Positions 1 through 12,793 of a DNA stretch of 64,000 nt are shown piece after piece. A program made the translations under genes and the position numbers. The notes below the pieces were generated by a model, which saw only the letters and a program-made list of their open reading frames with translations, searched no databases and was not told the DNA's origin. The stretch is from Obrimoposthia wandeli (Eukaryota). The stretch covers positions 1 through 64,000 of the forward strand of contig CDROCS010000088.1 in assembly GCA_977020255.1 (NCBI GenBank). The letters are read 5' to 3'. Each line of letters starts with the position of its first letter. The stretch's first letter is position 1.

Positions 1-443
1 ACAAACAAAATGATGAATCAATTTAATAACACAACAATAAAACAACAACCACACATTTAAAATAAACAGTACAATTCAGTACCGCAAATCAACCATATTC
101 TCCCAGAAACCCTTTACATATTAATGGAAAACATTTACAACTCCAGATACGAACGAAGTTGCATTGTTAAAATTAAAACTTATAGAAATGGACAATCGTT
201 ACAAAGAAATACATCAACAATATCAAAATAATGAAACACATACAAATAAAAGTTACACTCAATAAGAATTTGTTTAGATATGATTTACAATATACATTAG
301 AAAAAGGTACATATCCATTACAAAATCCAAACCAAATTACTCGAACACAAATAAGAAATCAAAAAACAAGAAAAACCAGAAACATGAAAAAGTCAAATAC
401 AAAAAAAAATTAAACATGTTATTTCAACATAAATATACAAAAT

Positions 444-1340
444 TTATGGAAAATAATTCAATTAATATTTATAATATCTCTATTTAGAAATATAATACAA
501 TCAATTAATGCTTTAGAAGCATATGACTGCTCAAAATATAAAATACAAAATAGATATTCCTTAATTGATTTACAACAATGCGCACACACTGACCCAAATG
601 AGATAAAAATAAAAAAATACTAAACTATATCAAGTATACCAAGAAACATACTTTATAAATGCTAAAGTTTTTGAATGTAGAGAACATGTAGAAACATTGA
701 TAACTTGTATTGTGACAAAGTTACAATTCAATAGTAAAACCTGCATTAAGAAAAATTGCAAGTAATAGTTGACGCATTAAATTGTAAAGTTACTTCGCTT
801 TACACTTAAAATTGAGAAAAGATAGAATATCAAAATTCAGTGACGAAAAATAAAATAATTCAATAAATGTTATCAGTTGTAGGTACGATTAAATGTGATG
901 GTGAATGTACAACAGGAACTTACGTCGTAATGGGAGTTAAGAAAGCTGTTTAGTAGTCATTAAAACTTTGAAGTCGAATTAAGAACTTTCAAAGCAACAT
1001 TCATTACTTCAACGCAATAGTAACAATACCATTTTGTGAAGCAACTATGGGTCACTGTAACAGAGGCTCTTCAATACTCACAAAGTAAAATGGATCAATG
1101 TAAATTAATACATTTAAAATCAGAAACTTTTCAAATAATTCAATGAAAAATATTTAGAGACGTCCAGAACTAAACAAAAAGCGACCCAGACAACGAATAC
1201 AATACAAAAGGAATTTACATACAAAATATATAGATAAATCAAGAAAATAAATTTTTATTTCCACAAATAAGATCCAGAATTTTAACACAAATCATAAGAT
1301 CGGTACTATACGAATTATGCGTCCAGTAAAACTTATACTC
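444..1340 (+). pseudogene. Degraded viral-type glycoprotein (env; chuvirus/gB-like class III) remnant
   Basis: Manual translation gives a hydrophobic leader LWKIIQLIFIISLF, then NALEAYDCSKYKIQNRYSLIDLQQC, QVYQETYFINAKVFEC and GTIKCDGECTTGTY. This resembles the AYDC..SL.D...C..Q..Q pattern of chuvirus-like glycoproteins. Several stops and frameshifts. Confidence 0.5.
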
Positions 1341-1654
1341 TCTCCAAATAATGTTATTAAAACCACTAAAATCACTATGTTAAAAATATAGAATAATTTC
1401 TGATTTTCGGTCGGCATTTTCTGGATTGGTTGGTATATGTTACTCTATTAATATGTTTAAAATTCTTTTGATGTTTGTCACATACTATATTTAAAAAAGT
1501 TGGTGGATTAACATGAAAATTATTCTTGGGATGTTTTCCAATTTTAGTAAAATTCCTTATTTTCAATCATTATTTAAATGCAATAAACGCATTATCAAAC
1601 GAAATGCGAGAAACGAAAATACAAACAATTACAGATATTAAGTTAAAACAATTT

Positions 1655-2200
1655 TTTCAACAGGAGAAGGACTGTATGAAGTTAATGTCTTATCGTTTGG
1701 ACTAACCAGAGCTCTAGCAACATTTCAGAGATGTATGAGCCATATTTTGATGAATGTAGATCATGTGATGGTATATATCGACAACATTCCAATCTTCTCA
1801 AAAATTTTGAAGAAAATTTAAATGATTTAGTAAACATATTTATAAAATTAAAAGTAGCAGGATTAAAATTAAAACTAAAAAAGTGTGAATGGATAAAAGA
1901 CAAAGTAAATTTTTGAGCCATGCAGTATCAGCAAAATGAATACAACCAGATGAGAGTAACAAGAAAAAATAAGGAATTTTCAATTCCAAAAATCATAAAA
2001 TATACAAGAATATTTGGGGTTTTAATTTTAATAATGGCTGATTCCAGTGGTTATGCGTAAGGAGCAGTTTTAGGACAACAAGGTGTAACGAGAAAGATCA
2101 TGTGATAGCATACATAAACGAATATTAAAAACATGAAATAAACTACTCAGCAATAGAAAGAAGTATTTAGCAATCTGTTGTTTTAAATAAATGAAATATA
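1655..2200 (+). pseudogene. Ty3/Gypsy RT-RNase H fragment
   Basis: Across frames: GEGLYEVNVLSFGLTRALATFQRCM, VMVYIDNI (YxDD decayed), LKVAGLKLKLKKCEW, and an ADSSGYA..AVLGQ RNase H start. Confidence 0.8.
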
Positions 2201-3132
2201 ATTAATTATTTATTTAGAAACCGATAAGGTGAAGGCTGTGCGGGAAGAGGCTCTTTCTATATTACCGTTGAACCAGAAACAAGCAGTTATTGCAAAAGGA
2301 GATGCAAGATATCAACGAAAATCATCTGAAACAAGAAGGTGAAGTTGGTGAAACAGACGAAACTATCGCAATAATAGATCAGGTGCAGCTGTCGGATGAC
2401 TTTATGGGAAAGGCTACTCATACCCTACCAAGGTGCAAGCGAGTAATGATGCACAAAGGAAAGGAGAGTCGTATGCATCAGTCTGCTTGAGTCTTCTGAA
2501 CTGACGATTGTGTAGCAGAGCTTCCTTCAGCGGTGGACAGGCCGATCTTGTGAGAGGATACCCGTTGCCCCGATACAGATAACTCACTCCTCCCAGCCAG
2601 TGTCGTCTGCAGGGAGCATTGCTGCTAACTCAACTCCGTCACCACTACCGGTTATTCACAGTCATCCATCATTCAAAACATGGCGGGAGCTTGGGAGGTT
2701 GTTTCTTCTATTCCTGTGGCATCCACAAGCCATTATTTGAAGGGCCATGCTCAATACGGTGTTGGACGATATTCTTGCAGAACTGGAGACTCCTTAAAAA
2801 CAGGCCATTTATCTTGTTTTCCACCACGAAAGGGTACAGTGGCGCGGTTGGAGCGTGAAGGAGGAGAGAAAAAAAACTCTAAATAATAAGGCTTCAATTT
2901 CATCAGGTGAACCATATACATCACTTGCAACGCCTCCCAAAAAGTTGCGGAAACTCCTGATAAAACTGTCAGGCACGGCAATAGCTGCACAGCAATTAGA
3001 AGAAAAAAGAAGAAGCCCAGCTGTTCGAAAAAGCAGCCAGTATCACCAAAACCTGTCCCTATAAATCGAAGGGATATCGATGAGGAGGATCCTAATGATG
3101 ACGTCGTCAAATGCTTTTATAAAATATAAATT

Positions 3133-3327
3133 GAAGTCACCAGTAGGTACACTCGATCACAGATCGAGTAGCCCTTTTAACTAACTTCGATATGTGATCG
3201 AAACAAGTTTACTGTTTAGGATCGAATCAATCTTTAATATATTATTTATTAAATATATTTATTTAAAATCATATGTAAATATTTTAAACACTTAAAAATG
3301 TATTAGTATGGTAAAAAGTTTTATTAG
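3133..3327 (+). repeat. Left copy of ~195-bp inverted repeat (partner 10860-11057)
   Basis: gaagtcaccagtaggtacactcgatc...aagttttattag is the near reverse complement of 10860-11057. Confidence 0.9.
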
Positions 3328-3931
3328 AATTTGAATGTAAAGTTATGGAAATTGTTATGGTTATGTGAGAAATGTATTGCCAAGATAAGGATAAAGTTTT
3401 GAATAAAGTTTGCCTCAAGTTGATTTTTTAATATGCCTTCTCCAATGTTTGAGGATCAAAAATTGGTAGCAGAACGAAAAAGATCCTACTAGTAGAAGAG
3501 GACTATAGAAAATGTTATGAAGAAAATGATGCCGATGACTTCAGGTGGTGATGTAATGGCATCATCTATTTCTCAACAAAAGTGCCTCCTCGGGATCAAA
3601 GACCCGAATTTGTAGCCCAAGTGACTTGTAATAGAGGCAGGAAAATGCAGTACTGACGTTTAATGAATAAATTCATTCAGGGCCAGTATACAAGTTCGAC
3701 ATTGCTAATTAAGTCTGCCTTCTCAAGGATAATGTTTCGGTTTATGCCGTTGATTCATTTAGGAAATGCACAGATGAGGTAACGACAATGCTTTAGTTTC
3801 TCAGTGGTGCAATTATGCTGATTTGGTTCTAATTGCATGTGGCACATGGATTTTACCTTGCATGGGTTTAATGCAGTTTAGTCTGAGAATGCTGGGATTA
3901 ATGCAGCTATTGTAGTTGACAAAGTTATGAG

Positions 3932-4167
3932 CATGGTTAAAGCTGGTTCTGTTCCATTGTTTTTGAAGCTACTTGAATCAAGCCATGGTAATGTGTAGGA
4001 GCAGACAGTCTGGGTACTTGGAAACATTATAGGATGGTTCAGCATTGCGAAAATATTGTATTGGCCTGGGTGTTGTTCAACCTCTTAAGTTTTGGAATGC
4101 ACAAGTACCAATCACGTTTCTAAGAAATGTAAGTTGGGTTATTGTAAATCTGTGTCGTAACAAGGAT
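3932..4167 (+). pseudogene. Importin-alpha (KPNA3/4-like) fragment 1, intronless
   Basis: [67 protein letters not shown] matches ARM repeats of importin alpha-3. Confidence 0.9.
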
Positions 4168-4375
4168 TTTATTCGTCACTTGTATCGTGGGATTCACAAC
4201 TTGAAGATGGTATCCATCACTGAGATTACTGATATTATGAAGGTGCTTAATAGTTTCAAAAATTACAAGCCTGTCAATGGGTTCGAGTGATCAAAGGTGT
4301 GTGCAAAAATGATTTAGCCAATGTCGCTGATGTGGAGGATGCACAAAATTTAATATTTCTGCCAATAATTAATTC
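4168..4375 (+). pseudogene. SPT5 (NGN-KOW1 junction)-like fragment
   Basis: [15 protein letters not shown]...[30 protein letters not shown] resembles SPT5 QMVPIKEMTDVLKV..LKP.WVRLKRG.YKDD.AQVD.V..AQN. One frameshift. Confidence 0.6.
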
Positions 4376-4524
4376 CTGGCTTGGACACGATGAAGAACCA
4401 GAGCGTGGAGGAAAGAAGCATCGTAGTCGCTCCAGTCGGAAAGTGTCAAATCCTTGAAACAATTGCGAAGTCAGGGTATTATTGATGATGAAGGACGAAT
4501 TTGTGATAATATTTTAATATATTA

Positions 4525-4765
4525 TATTTTAGTTGATACATTTTGGGACATATCTTATCTCACTGATGGTGGAAATGACCAAATTCAAATGGTCATTGAT
4601 GCAGATATTGTACGATTGATTGTACCATTACTGTCACACAATGATGATAAAGTTCAAACTGCTGCCTTGAGAGCAGTTTGCAATATAGTGACAAGAACAG
4701 ATGAACAGACACAATATGTTTTAAATTATGAAGCGCTCTCAGACTTTCCTCAATTACTTCGCATT
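4525..4765 (+). pseudogene. Importin-alpha (KPNA3/4-like) fragment 2
   Basis: [67 protein letters not shown], within ORF 4454-4825. Confidence 0.92.
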
Positions 4766-5839
4766 TCAAAAATATGGGCGCAACACCAATTACTTGAAGG
4801 CAGTGAGAAGCCAGTTAAAGTCTGAATCGGCTAAAATTAAAGACGAATTTACTCAATAAGTGAATTGCAAGAAAGGAACCAATAGAAACAGCGTCTTGCT
4901 AATGCTCAATAGCATTTTGCAGTAGAAAAACTGAATCTGAAGGCGGCAAAATGAAGTGAGTTAATAGAAGAAAGGTCAGTATGTATGATGTGTTATGAAG
5001 CGCTCTATGAACTACAGCGGAAAGGTGATGTACAAGACGGGATGGAACACTCTTCTTCGTTATGAAGAAACTGATGCTCTTATATGGCAGAAACAGTCAA
5101 TCAGACTGTAAATGAAGTCATTATATTTTTTGTATTATATTTTTCGTTGACTGATATTTGTTCAAATTTAATAAAAATAAAATCTTGTTTATATAGTTTC
5201 TGTGCTCTGGAACAACCAGGCGATAAGCGGGGGTTCTGGAGTATAGGAACACAAAGTAAAAATAATAAGGAGAAAAGACATCCTCCTCCCTTTTGTATTT
5301 TGATGGTTGTATGGATAGAGTGGTTATGGAACTCACGAAGGCTAGAGGAGAACGGGAAAAGTTAGGATGTATAGGGGTTGACGTGATAGAGGAAGTGAAG
5401 AGCGGGGGACTAAGAGAGGAACAGGTTTGGCTACAGAGAAAAGGAAAAAAAGGTACATCAGGAAGATAAAATTTATATTAACGACAAGATATACGTCATG
5501 CTACGCCTAAAGAGGAGGATCGGAAATTAAGGAAAAGAAACCAGCCAGATGTGATTTCAATATTGCAATAAACAATTTCATGCTGGAAGATGATAAGAAA
5601 AAGAAAAGAAGCAGAACATCTATGAAAAGTAGTATAGGTCATTAACCGAAATCTATGAGAAAAGATAGAGACGGCGTTTCAAGAGGATGACGAGCAGAAA
5701 AGAAGAAAAGATGGTTTAGTGAGCAGAAGAAGATGAAGCAGATTCGACGAAGTACAAAGGGGACAGTATGGGGAAAGACAGAGGACATGAAACCAAGGTA
5801 AGCTCAATGACCAAGATAGGCCAAGGGAAACCAGGAGTA

Positions 5840-8800
5840 AGTCAGTTGAAGAAAATTCGGCTCCCAACCTTTAGAGGAGAAGAACAAAAAGTACGAAAAC
5901 TGGCAGGCTATATTTAACAAGTGATTGACCAGTCACCGGTGGATAAAGAAGAAAAAATTCTGCACCTCCTGCAATATGTTGCCGGACAACCACTACGGCT
6001 AATTGACCGCTTGGGACCCTCCACAGAACGGTACGCTGAAGCGCTGAAGCTATTCTCAGTCAGCCACGGAGGCTTGGACAGGAATCATAGACAATTGATG
6101 GAAAAGGTGTAAGTTCAAGTCAATAAGGTGGAACAACTATCGGGATTTGGATATGTATAGCCAACTATTACAAAAGTAACCATTACGAGCACGACACTAG
6201 GAAAAGGAGGAATTAGGGGTGGTTTTCTATGTGAAAAATTGCTACAGAAACAACCAATGTTAGAAAAGTAGCATGGTCAGATTGGTTAGAAGCAGTTAGA
6301 CAAAGAGTATAATATTTTTAGAAGTATGGATACAACAAAAGGCCGAAAGTGGGCGAATAGCCGAGGAAATAGCGAGTTGCAGCAGAGAAGAACCAAAATA
6401 TAAAAATAGTGAAAGAGCAAAGACCTTCTTAGGAGAGGAAAGGCAAAAGGATAGAATGATTCCTGGACAATTTCAAAGGAGGAGGAGAGGGATAAAGTGT
6501 CTAAGGTGTAAGAAAGAGCATTACATGAACAACTGTGAAGAATTGCAGAGATTATCCGTAACAGAGAACATGATGAGTTGAAATGGAAAGTTTATGTAGA
6601 AATTGTCTGCAAAATAATCATCACGTAAAACAATGCAAGGTGGATAAATTGTGTAAAATTAGGAATTGCACCAAAAAACACCATTGGATATTACATGTGG
6701 ATGAAGATCGTATCGATGAACGTGCTGCAATCTATTTTACAAGAGGGACAAGAGAAGAAACTAAAATTTTGGCATTAAGAACCATACCGGTTATAATACG
6801 GCATAGAGGCCAAGAATTGGTGGTCAACGTCTTGTTAGATGATGTCAGCACACGCTCATATATTAGTAAGGATTTGTCACGAACGCTAAGAGTGTCAGGA
6901 CAAAAACAAAATATTCGGGTAAGTTATTGGAGGAAACGTGGAAACGATGGACTGTGTTGAAGTTAACATATAATTAAGGAGCACGGATCAAAAATATGTG
7001 AAACTAATCAACGCATTAACAGTACTAGAGATTACCGGGGACTTAGATGTAATAAATTGGTCAGTAGAAGCAAAAATGTGGAAGCATTTGGAGGGTATAA
7101 AATTCCCAGCGGTAAATGTAAAGAGAAAAGTTGAATTATTGTGGTTGCGGACAACCTCGAAATTGCAGAGTGCCCTTAAAGAAGTGAGGGAGGATCAGGT
7201 GCACCGATAGCACGATTGTTGCCGTTGGGATTGACTTGTATTGTCAGGTACGAAGAACTAATAGAGTAGGCAACACACGAGTTGGCCAGCACCTGTTTGG
7301 AGCCAGATCGAAACGGAGGAATTCAATATAGAAAAAATTTGGGAAGTAGAAACCGTACCAAATATTCAAAGCAAGTTAAGTTATAACGACAAAAAGGTAT
7401 TAAAAGAAACACGACTCGGAATAAAAGAAGTTGAAGGAAGGTATGAAGTCAGCCTACCGTGGAAAAATGAGAACGTTAATGTTAGATGGGATGGTGAAAT
7501 GGCGAACCAGCGGCATAAGAGTTTGGAGAGAAGATTAGACAAGAACACACGGTTGAGATCAGAGTACATGGCCGTCATCGAGAGCCATATCCAAAAAGGT
7601 TATATCAAGAAGGTACCGGAAGAAGAAGTAAAATGACAAAGTGGTTGTTACCACATTTTCCGGTCGTCAAGCGAGAAAATGATACAATGAAGGTGCGTAT
7701 AGTGTTTGATGCGGTGGCGGAGGTGCGAGACACAAGTTTGAATGATTTAATTCATTGTGAGCGAAGCTGCGGAGATTTAGTCACTATCTTATTAAGATTC
7801 AGGAAAAATGTGGTAACAGTTAGTTTGTGATATATCGGAGATGTATCTGAATAAAGGTGGCAGAGAAAGATAAAACGTGGCTGAGATTTCTATGGAAAGA
7901 CCGCGAACAAGTAAACACATACCGAATTGAAATGGGTAGTTTTGGGATCATTGTGTCACCATTCTTAGCACACTTGATGACACGAATAAACACTGAAAAG
8001 TTCATGGGAGTATGTGATGGGGCTATTGAGACGATATTAGAGTCGCCACATGGATGACAGTTTGGATTCGGTACCGGAAGTAGATAGGAGGCGATACAAT
8101 TACAACGGAGCCTACTGCAAGTGTGGGGCGGTGCGGGAATGAGTGCCCATAGTGGCTAAGTAGCAATCACCGAGTTAATCAACAAATCGCCACAGCAGAT
8201 CAAGCGAAGGTCTTACAAATTTTGGATGGCGAAACGATGCAAAGTATGAAGACGTTGGGAGTGGCGTGGAACGCGCAGGCCGACGATTTTGAAGTGACGG
8301 TGACGAATTTAGAGATGTTAACAACCATTCCAAAGAGGACATTTCTAAGTCTTCTGTCAAAAGTATTTGCCCCATTAGGGTTTGCTAGTCCGATAGTAAT
8401 AAGGACAAAGACATTATGCAGGAGCTATGGCTTTCAGGGAAGGAATGGGATGAGAAAGTGGAAGGGAGTATTAAAGAAGAGATAATCCTTTGGGTAGAAG
8501 ACGTAAAGTTACTGAATAAGGCTAAAGTTCCCAGATGGATACGGGCTGGAGTAGCTAGTAAATGTTCGATACATATATTTGTAGACGCTTCTGAGAAGGT
8601 GAATGGAGCAGTATGTTACTTGAGAACAGAATAATGGGAAAAAAATAGTAGTACGTTTCATAGCGTCAAAAACAAAAGTGGCACCTGTAAAAGTAAAAAG
8701 TATACCGCGTTTAGAGTTATTAGCTGCGGGTGTCGGTGTTAAATTGGCAAAGGTACTCACGAGTGCGTTAGAATTAAAGTTAGAAGAATTAAGTTTTGGT

Positions 8801-10570
8801 CCGATAGTTTGAACGTACTGTGTTATAATTGAAGAGCTGTATTATAATGCATTTGTTGCTAATCGCGTAGGACTTATACAGGAGGAAACAAGTATAGCTC
8901 AGTGGAGGCATGTACCCACAAAGTGAAACCCAGCGGATATATTGTCAAGAGGAGCCGAGGTTCATCGACTGAGCTAAGATAAACTATGGTGGGAAGGTCC
9001 CAAGTTCTTATTAGGCTCAGAACAGCGTGTGGTAACCAACACAAAAAGGAATGTCAACAGAAGTTAAAAATAAAATAAAATAAAAGTGACAATGACACAT
9101 GTTACGCAGAAGATCGATGGGTTCGACATAAACAAGTATTCGACATTAGTAAAATTACAAAGATGCATGGCGTAGATAATTCGCTTCACAACCAACACGC
9201 GATTAGATCGAGATAGACGATTATTGAAGGAACTGGATATCACAGAGATCCAAACAGCAACAAAGCGGTTGGTAAAAGATGAACAAAGAAGATATTATCA
9301 TGAGGATTATAAAAGGTTAGAACAACAGAAGTAAATAGAAAATAGCAGTGGACTAATTAAATTGAATCCATGGATAGATCCAGATGGAATAATCCACGCA
9401 AATACAAAAATGCACAATTTTTGGATTATCAGGCTAAGTTTCCGATAATATTACCATACGAAAGCTGGATCACAAGATTGATATAAGAATCCAACACAGG
9501 AAGTTGCACCATTATGCATTCGTGCAGCATGTATTGAGTGAGATCAATAAGCAATTTTGGATTCCAAAAGCAAGACGATTTGTAAGAAGCGTAGAGATCA
9601 AATGTGTGAACTGCCAAAAGAGTAAGGCGGGTGGAATGTCAGCGGAAATGGCTCCATTACCGTATTTCCATTTTGAAGAGCCACTCAGGGCATTTGTGAA
9701 CGTCGGAGTGGATTACGCAGGATCTTTTTTAACGAAGCAAGGCTGTGGAAATGTCAGAAGGAAACAGTACTTGTGTCTACTAACATGCTTACAGACCCGC
9801 ACAGTGCATTTGGAAGTCGCATATGATTTAACAACGGATGGATAGATCAGAGTGTTAAAACGTTTCATTGGAAGGCGAGGACGACCGAGAATGTTTTTAT
9901 CGGATAACGGGCGAAATTTTGTTGGAGCGATAGGAGATGTTAAGAGTTTTATACAAGTTACGTACAGTATTAAGAAAGAATTAGAAAAAGATGAGATCTG
10001 ATGGGTGTTTAACCCACCTTATACACCGCACTTTGGAGGAGTTTTTGAAATTATGGTGAAGTGTGCATAAAAGGCAATTTTTAAACTACTGAAGAACGCA
10101 GACATTAGTGATGAAGAGTTAACAACAATCTTCATTGAAGCCGAAGCGTTGATAAATTCACAGCCGATTGGGATAAAAAGTATAGATCCGAAGTAAAGCG
10201 AGGCGTTGACACTAAATCTTTTTTGATAAGCGAGGCACACGTAGAAACGGGTTTTGAAGGAGAACGGTGTGGTTTACAACAGGAGGTTCGTGCAAAAGTT
10301 GACGACATAGCTATGGAAACGATGGATGGAGGAGATTGTGCCAATGTGGGCACCTCGACAACGGTGGAATCAGGAACGTATGCCGTTGAAAAATGGAGAT
10401 ATATTTTGGGTTATTGATAAGCAAAGTGAGAGGGCAGGGAAGTTGGGGAGTGTCGTAGAGAAGTCAGTCCGGGAACAGATAAGAAGATGAGAGTAGCAAC
10501 AGTGAAGATTGGGGCCATGACGGAAGTAAAGTTGCTCAGACTCCTTTATAAGCTAGAATGTGAGGCGTGA
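5840..10570 (+). pseudogene. BEL/Pao gag-pol pseudogene (Gag with Cys/His knuckles, protease, RT, RNase H, integrase, C-terminal domain)
   Basis: LKKIRLPTF; CRNCLQNNHHVKQC..CKIRNCTKKHHWILH; VLLDDVSTRSYIS; LLPHFPVVKREND..KVRIVFDA; HMDD at ~8050; HIFVDASEK; IPRLELLAA; VGVDYAGSF; PPYTPHFGGVFE. Many stops and frameshifts. Confidence 0.93.
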
Positions 10571-10859
10571 GGAGGATGATGAAAAATAAAAGAAGGTGAA
10601 GTATGATCCGGCATGATCTGAAACTGAATCAAAGTATGATCCAGCATGATCTGAAACTGTATCGGGGGAAGGCTGTTAAGGTTGATCTAGTTAGATAAAA
10701 GGGGGGAGGATGTTTATGATCGAATTATTCTTTAATATATTATTTATTAAATATATTTATTTAAAAATCATATGTAAAATATTTTAAACACTTAAAAATG
10801 TATTGGTATGGTAAAAAGTTTTATTTGAATTTGAATGTAAAGTTATGGAAATTGTAAGA

Positions 10860-11057
10860 CAAATAAAACTTTTTATCATACCAATGCATTTGAACTGTTT
10901 AAACAAATTTTACATATGATTTTTTAATAATTTTATTTATTAATTAATATATTAAAGAATGATTCGATCCTAAACAGTAAACTTGTTTCGATCACATATC
11001 GAAGTTAGTTAAAAAGGGCTACTCAATCTGCGATCGAGTGTACCTTACTGTGACTTC
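10860..11057 (-). repeat. Right copy of inverted repeat (partner 3133-3327)
   Basis: caaataaaactttttatcatacca...gtaccttactgtgacttc is the near reverse complement of 3133-3327. Confidence 0.9.
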
Positions 11058-11921
11058 TGAAATGTAGCTAAATAAAATAATTATTTTTCCTGGATCTTAA
11101 CAAATGCTATAATCTTTACAGGAACGTAAGTTAAACGATTCGATAAGTAAATCAGAGTCAAAACAGTACATTAAATTATAAAATGAGTCTACGTTATAAT
11201 TTTATAAATTTTTGAAGTTACCTTTGGTCAAAATAAATAGATTTTATTCAAATAATCATATTTTTATTGCTTTATTTAATGAATTTATATTGTAATATTC
11301 ACGAATATTGAAAAATTAAACTTAACTTATAAGACATGTTTAAAAATTTAGACCATTAAACATATGTAATATTATTTCTTGTGATTTGTTTACAAAATGT
11401 TGTTTCTTTTTTGTGTTTAGTAAACAATTTTACTTATTTTATCGAGTTGTAAATAATTTTTCCAATCCTTCTGAATATCTGAAAATTTCATAGATAATAT
11501 GTTGTGCAAATTACATCAGTTCAGATAATTAGTTATTTTGAATGTATTTAAAATAAATTTAAAACTAAAATTGTTTTGTTCAATTTAAGTAAGTTTTCAA
11601 TTCTAAGATTTTTATAAATCACAACCAACACACAGCACGGATAACATAGCTAACAATAACAACAATGATAATGACATCAAATAGAATATTTTCTTTCATC
11701 AATTTTGATTAAACACAAAAATTGAAATGCAAAGTGATTATTTTTGAGATGAATAAATATCATAGTAATATAGATAGATGTATATGTATATGTATAAATA
11801 GCGATGTTATCTAACACTGTTGTCTGTGACTTTACAAGGCCAACTATTGCGTGCTAACGGGTCTCTACTACTATGCTACTTGCTAGCGTGTGAACCAGGG
11901 AAGCAACAAAAGATTCAGTAG

Positions 11922-12051
11922 TCAGGTCTTGTGGGCCATGTCAGAGCTGCGACGACAGCCACATGAGCAGCAAAACTTGGCGTCTTTGCTCGAGAAGCGG
12001 TGGCCACACTCCTGGCAGAAGTGCACCTTCTCTCCCGGTTTCGCCGTTATC
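11922..12051 (-). CDS. Probable terminal exon of a host gene with a C-terminal zinc ribbon (ZC2HC1A-like)
   Basis: Acceptor ttgctgtcctccag, then ITAKPGEKVHFCQECGHRFSSKDAKFCCSCGCRRSSDMAHKT*. The FCxECG..AKFCCxCG.RR motif resembles the ZC2HC1A C-terminus. Confidence 0.6.
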
Positions 12052-12174
12052 CTGGAGGACAGCAACCTTTAAACTCCTGATAGTCAACCTGTGCCTTCAA
12101 CTAACATGTAAGTAGAGAGATGTGTCCAGTTCCGACCACCCCCCCTAGCGAAAACCGAAGAAAAAAAAAATCTG

Positions 12175-12600
12175 CAAATTTCAAAAACATACTATAATAC
12201 TTATTTTTTCTAAGATCTATGTGAAAAGTAGGTCAAATTTTGTTGTAGTACACATGATTTTTGAGGGTTAAATTCATATTTATATCACTTTATACTATAA
12301 TACGTCTGTTTTTTAGTTGATTTTACTCTGAATGTATATGTTTTTGTTTAAAACATCAATTTTTATGCCCACAAATTTAAAACATACTATAACACGTATA
12401 TTTTTCAAGATAATTATTAATGAAGGTCACATTTTGTTATAGTACACATGATTTTGAGGCTTAAATTCATAAGTAGATCATTATGTGTTGTATTACGTCT
12501 GTTTTACTCTGAATGTATATGTTTTTGTTTAAACACATCAATTTTTATCCACGCAAATTAAAAAACATACTATAATACGACTATTTTCAAGATCATTATC
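12175..12600 (+). repeat. Subterminal ~190-bp tandem repeats (left end of A)
   Basis: caaatt..aaaacatactata units start at ~12175, 12372 and 12554. Confidence 0.8.
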
Positions 12601-12793
12601 AGATGTGTCACTTTTGAATCACATCACCCTATCCCTCCATATTTCACACAAAGTGAGATGTATTCTTATGTTAGAAACATTTTATTAATATCAAAAAGAC
12701 AAATCAAAATATGTAATAATATAGACATAAATCAACAGATGAAGAATATAATAAAAATATGATACAAATACGATAAAAATATACAATAAATAA

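Larger units (their letters stand above)
3213..10855 (+). mobile_element. Degraded BEL/Pao LTR retrotransposon (5' LTR start 3213; truncated 3' LTR 10711-10855)
   Basis: The PPT aaaaggggggagga (10697-10710) is followed by TGTTTATGATCGAA..., which matches TGTTTAGGATCGAA... at 3213 over ~140 bp. BEL gag-pol motifs lie between them. Confidence 0.8.

Noticed and set aside
2216-3120. GC-richer segment with several short overlapping ORFs
   Set aside because: No recognisable motif in any frame. Probably a retroelement remnant, but not supportable.
3141-3148. agtaggt near the start of the 3133 inverted repeat, resembling a Polinton terminus
   Set aside because: The inverted symmetry continues outside it (gaagtcac/gtgacttc), there is no 6-bp TSD, and no Polinton genes lie inside.
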